Shown here: piece by piece, positions 59,136 through 64,000 of the stretch
Position numbering within the stretch: the first letter of the stretch is position 1
How the letters are laid out: every line of letters begins with the position of its first letter
NCBI GenBank assembly: GCA_963665295.1
Contig: OY762209.1
Location: 2,688,001-2,752,000, forward strand
DNA: 64,000 nt
Source of the DNA: Syntrophorhabdaceae bacterium
GTDB taxonomy: Bacteria > Desulfobacterota > Syntrophorhabdia > Syntrophorhabdales > Syntrophorhabdaceae
Reading direction: 5' to 3'
Made by a program: the position numbers and the translations under genes
The notes under the pieces: generated by a model
The model's input: the letters and a program-made list of their open reading frames with translations, nothing else
The model's database searches: none
What the model was told of the DNA's origin: nothing

Positions 59136-60628
59136 TTCCTTTGTACCTTTGCGAGGGTCGCTTTTTGCCCGGCATCGAAGGACTCCCATCCGCCGCCCAG
59201 GGCCTTGTAAAGTTTTATGAGGTTCGACGTTACCGCCCCGTTACTCTGGGCCAACTGGTTCTGGAAGGTGAGGAGCGAACGTTCGGCGTCGAGGACGGCC
59301 ACGAAGTTGGTGAGTCCCGCTTCGTACTTGCGCTGCGCGAGTGAGACCGCCTTGCCTGCCGCTTCTTCCGCCGCCCTCAGGGCGTCCCTCTTATTCTGCT
59401 CCTCGGCATAGGCGGTAAGGATATTCTCCACCTCTTCGAGGGCGGTGAGGAGGACGGTCTCATAGTGGATGGCGGCCTGCTCCTGGAGGGCCGACTGTAT
59501 CTCGATATTGCCCCGGATGGCCCCGCCATGAAAGATGGGGGCCGTGACGCCGGAGCCGAAACCGAGGACCCTGCTCCCCCACGAGAACAGGTTGCCCGTG
59601 GAAAGGGATTCCACGCCGATATTCCCGCTCAGGGTGAACACCGGGTAGAGACTCGCCACCGCCACCCCGACCCTGGCCGTCTCGGCGGCAAGTTCCCGTT
59701 CTGCCTGACGTATGTCGGGACGGCGGCGCAGGGTGTCTCCAGGTACGCCCACTGCGACCCGGCCGGGGATGCCCGGTACAGGCGCCGGTTTTTCGAGGTA
59801 TCCGTGGATTGCGCCCGGCTGTTCCCCCAGGAGCACGGCGAGCCGGTTCATGGCTTCTTCGAGGCCCGTTCGCAGGGCCGGCACCTGGGACCTGGTGTTT
59901 TCCAGGTTGTACCGGGCCTCCTGCACCGCAAGCTCGTCGCTTAAGCCTGCCTGACTGCGCCAGAGCGTCAACTGAAGGGTGTCTTGCTGGGCTCGGGCGT
60001 TTGCCTCCACCGAGGCGATCCTCGCCTGGTAGGTGCGCACGTCAATATAGTTCAACGCCGTTTCCGCGAGAAGGGAGACGAGCACGTCGCGGAGGTTCTC
60101 TTCGCGGGCCCCTATATCCGCGTCGGCAGCTTCCACCGACCGGCGGGTGCCGCCGAAGATATCCAGCTCCCATGACGCGTCGAATCCTGCGTTGTAGAGG
60201 GTGCTGTAGTTGTTGCCCGTTGCTCCGTAGTTCGCGCCGGTCATATTGTCGCTTGCCCGGCTCCTCGTCCCCGAACCGGAGGCATCCACTGTGGGGAAGA
60301 AGGGAGCCCTTGCCACCACACGACGGGCGCGGGCTTCACGAACCCTGGCTTTCGCCTTTTTAAGGTCCAGGTTGCCCTTTACGGCCCGGTCTATGAGACT
60401 CGACAATTGGGGGTCGTCAAAGGTAGTCCACCACGCCGCGAGGTCCGACGGGGCCGGGTCACCCGGGACCAGCCCGCCTTTCAACGGTGTGTGCCAGGCG
60501 GGGGAGGCGGCGAGGTCGGGCGCGACATAATCGGGCCCCACGCTGACGCAGGCGGCGAGGTTCATGACGAGTGACGCCAGGGCGATACCCATGAAAACGT
60601 AGCGGTTGATCCGATCGCTGACGAGCAT
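59132..60628 (-). CDS. NodT/OprM-family outer membrane efflux lipoprotein
   Basis: LAACVSVGPDY, WWTTFDDPQL, WELDIFG, RRPDIRQAE, LYKALGGGW. Confidence 0.94.
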   Translation of the reverse strand: MLVSDRINRYVFMGIALASLVMNLAACVSVGPDYVAPDLAASPAWHTPLKGGLVPGDPAPSDLAAWWTTFDDPQLSSLIDRAVKGNLDLKKAKARVREARARRVVARAPFFPTVDASGSGTRSRASDNMTGANYGATGNNYSTLYNAGFDASWELDIFGGTRRSVEAADADIGAREENLRDVLVSLLAETALNYIDVRTYQARIASVEANARAQQDTLQLTLWRSQAGLSDELAVQEARYNLENTRSQVPALRTGLEEAMNRLAVLLGEQPGAIHGYLEKPAPVPGIPGRVAVGVPGDTLRRRPDIRQAERELAAETARVGVAVASLYPVFTLSGNIGVESLSTGNLFSWGSRVLGFGSGVTAPIFHGGAIRGNIEIQSALQEQAAIHYETVLLTALEEVENILTAYAEEQNKRDALRAAEEAAGKAVSLAQRKYEAGLTNFVAVLDAERSLLTFQNQLAQSNGAVTSNLIKLYKALGGGWESFDAGQKATLAKVQRK

Positions 60629-60674
60629 CTTCACTGCCTTTCCTTTTGCATACCCACAATATTGCACATCCTGT

Positions 60675-60752
60675 GATTAATGTGGATTAAGAATGGTTAA
60701 ATAAACACGTCCTTTTGTAAAGGACGGGGACAATTCTTAACACTTTTTAACA
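60675..60752. promoter_or_regulatory. 10-bp-phased TTAA/GTAA repeats, candidate OmpR/CpxR-type binding sites
   Basis: TAA-ending units end at 60680, 60690, 60700, 60720, 60740 and 60750, between the divergent efflux operon and response regulator. Confidence 0.55.
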
Positions 60753-60812
60753 GGCTAAAGGAGACATTTTTGGTTATAATGGGAATAACCGAGGAGTAAA
60801 GGAGTCCGGCGA

Positions 60813-61520
60813 GTGAACCGCATTCTTATAATCGACGATGACGTGGGCCTTACGGAATTATTGACCGAGTATCTCGCATCGGAGGGTCTTGCAGTGGACT
60901 CCGTGCATGAGGGAGAGGGAGGGGTCCTGAAGGCGGTCTCGAACGAGTACGCACTCATAATCCTTGACGTCATGCTGCCCGGCATCACCGGATTCGAGGT
61001 CCTGAGCCGCATCCGGAGTTCATCCACGATCCCTGTCCTCATGCTCACCGCACGGGGAGACGACGTGGACCGGATCGTAGGACTTGAAATGGGGGCTGAC
61101 GACTATCTGGCGAAACCATTCAATTCGCGGGAATTGGTGGCCCGCATACGGGCAATCCTCCGGCGCGCAAAACGGGAGACGGGCGAGCCCCCTCAAAAGT
61201 CGCCTCCTTCCAGGGTTGTTGTCGATGATATCGAGATGGACCTGGGGACCATGGAGGTGTTGCGCCAGGGTGAACCGGTGGATCTCACTTCAGTGGAGTT
61301 CAAGCTTCTCGAGGTTTTGGCCCTGAGGGCCGGCATCATCCTCTCCAGGGAAGAACTGACCAGGGAAGTGCTCGGCAGATCGCTCTCACCCTACGACCGG
61401 AGCATAGACGTGCACGTGAGCAGACTCCGGAGAAAGCTGGGAAGCAGGCCCCAGGGAGGGGAACGCATCAAATCGGTGCGCAATTCCGGGTACATATACC
61501 TTCTTCATCAAGAGGTCTGA
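60813..61520 (+). CDS. OmpR-family response regulator (CpxR-like)
   Basis: IIDDD, LDVMLP, MLTARG, GADDYLAKPF, DRSIDVHVSRLR. Confidence 0.95.
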   Translation: MNRILIIDDDVGLTELLTEYLASEGLAVDSVHEGEGGVLKAVSNEYALIILDVMLPGITGFEVLSRIRSSSTIPVLMLTARGDDVDRIVGLEMGADDYLAKPFNSRELVARIRAILRRAKRETGEPPQKSPPSRVVVDDIEMDLGTMEVLRQGEPVDLTSVEFKLLEVLALRAGIILSREELTREVLGRSLSPYDRSIDVHVSRLRRKLGSRPQGGERIKSVRNSGYIYLLHQEV

Positions 61521-61530
61521 CAGAGGGACA

Positions 61531-62916
61531 TTGATACGGCGACGGGGCATCTTCATCAAGATGTTTATCTGGTTCTGGCTGGTCATGACCGTGGTGATCG
61601 CCATAATCATCGCCCTCGACAGGCTCACCGAATCGGACGGGCGCGAGACGCCGCTCCACGATGCTGTGGGGGCGCCTCTGACCCACTATGGACACGTCGC
61701 GGTCGAACAGGCCGAATCGGGCGACCGGGAGGGTCTCGGCCGGACTATGGAGGCCATGAGGACCGTCGCCGGGATGAATGCCTTCCTCTTCGACGGCGCG
61801 CTCAGGGAGTTAAGGGGGGCCGCTCCCCCGGGAGAGGTGGTTGAATACGCGGAGAGGGCCTTGAAAAGGGGCAAAGCGGTCTTTGCCTTTTCTCACGCGA
61901 GGATCCTGGGCGCCATGGTGCTTGAGGGGAGAGAAGGGCGGCATTATGTGATCGTCGGGATGGTACCCGGCAGGGCCCCCGGTTCTTCCTGGGGAGGGGC
62001 GCTGTTCCTGCTGCCCCGGCTGGGGATTGCCCTCGTGATATCGTGCCTGGCCTGCTATCTCCTTGCCCGTTACCTCACGGTTCCCATTATCCGGCTCGGC
62101 AGTTCCGCGAGGCAGTTGGCGTCAGGGGACCTTACGGCGCGGATCAACCCTGCCTCAGGGAACAGGTGGGATGAGATAGGCGAATTGGCCCGCGACTTCA
62201 ACCTTATGGCCGAGCGCATTCAGCTCCTCCTCTCGTCGGAACGCAGGCTCCTGGGCAATATCTCCCACGAATTGCGCTCTCCTCTGGCGCGGCTCAACGT
62301 CGCCCTGGAACTCGCCAGGCGTCACTCCACGCCGGAGGCGGAGAAATCACTCGACCGGATTGAATGGGAGGCCGAGCGCCTGAACGATCTGATAGGACAG
62401 CTCCTCACCCTCACTCGTCTCGAAAGCAGTCTGGAGAATGCGAAACGAGAGGCGTTCGGTCTCGCGGATATGATCCGGGAGGTTGCGGACGACGCTGATT
62501 TCGAGGCCCAGAGTCTCAATAGGGCGGTAGGGTTCACGGAAGACGGGGACTGTGAGGTGACGGGGGTAAGGCAACTGCTCCGGAGCGCCGTGGAGAACGT
62601 GGTGCGAAACGCGGTCTGGTACACAGGGGAAGGCACGGAAGTGGAGATCAACCTTCGTTGTACGGCAGAGAAGGGTTCCCAACTGGCCCTGGTGACCGTA
62701 CGCGACCACGGCCCGGGCGTGCCGGAGGAAGCGCTCCCCCACCTTTTCCGGCCTTTTTATCGCGTGGATGGGGCCCTTGAGCGTCAGCCCGGAGGCGCGG
62801 GGCTCGGGCTTGCCATTACGGAGCGCGCCGTTCTTCTTCACGGGGGCACCGTGAGAGCATGGAACGCGATGGACGGGGGACTCGTCATCGAGATAGCCAT
62901 ACCCGCCAAAGGCTGA
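61531..62916 (+). CDS. HAMP sensor histidine kinase (CpxA-like)
   Basis: Two TMs, HAMP DEIGELARDFN, SHELRSPLARL, ENVVRNA, DHGPG, GLGLAI. Confidence 0.95.
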   Translation: MIRRRGIFIKMFIWFWLVMTVVIAIIIALDRLTESDGRETPLHDAVGAPLTHYGHVAVEQAESGDREGLGRTMEAMRTVAGMNAFLFDGALRELRGAAPPGEVVEYAERALKRGKAVFAFSHARILGAMVLEGREGRHYVIVGMVPGRAPGSSWGGALFLLPRLGIALVISCLACYLLARYLTVPIIRLGSSARQLASGDLTARINPASGNRWDEIGELARDFNLMAERIQLLLSSERRLLGNISHELRSPLARLNVALELARRHSTPEAEKSLDRIEWEAERLNDLIGQLLTLTRLESSLENAKREAFGLADMIREVADDADFEAQSLNRAVGFTEDGDCEVTGVRQLLRSAVENVVRNAVWYTGEGTEVEINLRCTAEKGSQLALVTVRDHGPGVPEEALPHLFRPFYRVDGALERQPGGAGLGLAITERAVLLHGGTVRAWNAMDGGLVIEIAIPAKG

Positions 62917-62942
62917 TCATCTACCGCCTGCACGATCGGATC

Positions 62943-63620
62943 TTACCGGCTCAATATGATCCTCGCGTCCGCCACAATGCACCTCTCCTTGGAGCATATG
63001 ACGGGGTTGAGGTCGATGGATTCAATTCTCTCCCCGAGGTCCATCACCAACGCGGAGAAGCGTAGAAGCATACTGTAGAGGGCCTCCTCGTTTACGGGCT
63101 CGCTCCCCCGATACCCTTCGTAAAGCGGTCGGGCCCGAAGAGAGGCCATCATGGACCCTGCATCCTCCCGGGTAAGAGGGGCCATTCTGAGGGTAACGTC
63201 CTTATATATCTCAACCGCGGTGCCTCCGGCGCCGAGGAGAATAACAGGCCCGAACTGGTCGTCCAGTTTTGCCCCCGCAATGAGTTCCATGCCTTGTACC
63301 ATTTCTTCCACTATCACCCCTGTGGCGCCTTCTATCCTGCTCAGGCGCTCGAAGGCCCGCGTTAGTTCTCCGTCATCGGCGATGCCTGCCGCGACGCCAC
63401 CCACATCCGACTTGTGGATTATCCGGGGAGAAACGACCTTCGCCACCAGAGGATAACCGGTTGCACGGGCGAAGGCCGTAGCTTCTCCAAGGTCCCTGGT
63501 AAAGACGAAGCGGGTAACATCGATCTCCGCAAGGCCGAGAAGCGTCTTCGCCCCGGGCTCCATCACCCACCCGTCATCCTTTGCCGCCGACAGAACGCCG
63601 ATCATGTCGCTGGTTAGCAT
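62943..63620 (-). CDS. ADP-forming acyl/acetate-CoA ligase ATP-grasp (beta) subunit
   Basis: GYPLVAKVVS..HKSDVGGV, FGPVILLG.GG, IDLNP. Confidence 0.9.
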   Translation of the reverse strand: MLTSDMIGVLSAAKDDGWVMEPGAKTLLGLAEIDVTRFVFTRDLGEATAFARATGYPLVAKVVSPRIIHKSDVGGVAAGIADDGELTRAFERLSRIEGATGVIVEEMVQGMELIAGAKLDDQFGPVILLGAGGTAVEIYKDVTLRMAPLTREDAGSMMASLRARPLYEGYRGSEPVNEEALYSMLLRFSALVMDLGERIESIDLNPVICSKERCIVADARIILSR

Positions 63621-64000
63621 CGTTTGTTCCTCCTTATTGCCTCCGCCATGTGCACCGCGGCATCCACGGAGTGACCCACGGGTATGCCGGTCGAGACAAA
63701 TCCTTCAATAAGGATCTGGTATTTCTCCACGTGGGGCACGTATGCGATGAGCGGCTTGCCTTCCTGCTGACACACCATGCCGAGCCTTGCCCCCAGATCC
63801 AGGGTGACCCCGGGGAGATAGGGAAGCACAAGGGCGAGGATGCAGTCGATGTCGTCCCTGCCGCTCAAGTACCTTGCAGCAGCGACAAAGTCGTCATCCA
63901 CCGAGCTTCCCGTGAGGTCGATGGGATTCGTGCATGTGGCAATCTCCCGTATGGGAGGGGAGAGGACCTGCCTCAACTCCGCCTTTTCCTTTTCATCCAG
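63614..64000 (-). CDS. Acyl-CoA ligase CoA-binding (alpha) subunit, 5' part outside window
   Basis: NPIDLTGS motif; frame open to the window end; overlaps the beta subunit start. Confidence 0.8.
   Translation of the reverse strand: MDEKEKAELRQVLSPPIREIATCTNPIDLTGSSVDDDFVAAARYLSGRDDIDCILALVLPYLPGVTLDLGARLGMVCQQEGKPLIAYVPHVEKYQILIEGFVSTGIPVGHSVDAAVHMAEAIRRNKRC

Noticed and set aside
1..64000. CRISPR arrays, rRNA, prophage structural genes
   Set aside because: No regularly spaced repeats, rRNA-like sequence or phage hallmark proteins seen.

Overview
GC-rich chromosomal window from an anaerobic deltaproteobacterium-like organism. The gene content resembles Syntrophorhabdus/Desulfobacterota aromatic degraders (inference). 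1-11.6 kb: a cluster of xanthine-oxidase-family molybdoenzymes. It contains a catalytic large subunit, an hcrA/B/C-like trio whose large subunit has lost its Mo active-site motifs, and a frameshifted Mop-type aldehyde oxidoreductase. These are interleaved with two cysteine desulfurase-family genes, a MoaD-like carrier and a TusE/DsrC-like carrier, and the cluster ends at tRNA-Asn with a probable recombinase scar. 12-30 kb: mostly housekeeping (HDAC, HU/IHF, purQ, System II cytochrome c maturation, cytochrome c3, argH, lysA-dapF-dapA-dapB, rex, bioD), then two tandem class I aminotransferases preceded by an unannotated Phe/Tyr leader-peptide attenuator that appears leaderless and has two terminators. 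30568-34097: a decayed IS1595-family transposon (terminal inverted repeats, 8-bp target duplication, internally deleted transposase) carrying an AIPR-family defence gene, which is itself interrupted by an IS630 element. 34-64 kb: general metabolism, a fused NfnAB transhydrogenase, glgX, a MacAB-TolC-like efflux operon with a divergent CpxRA-like system, and acyl-CoA ligase subunits. All assignments come from motif reading; no database search was run.
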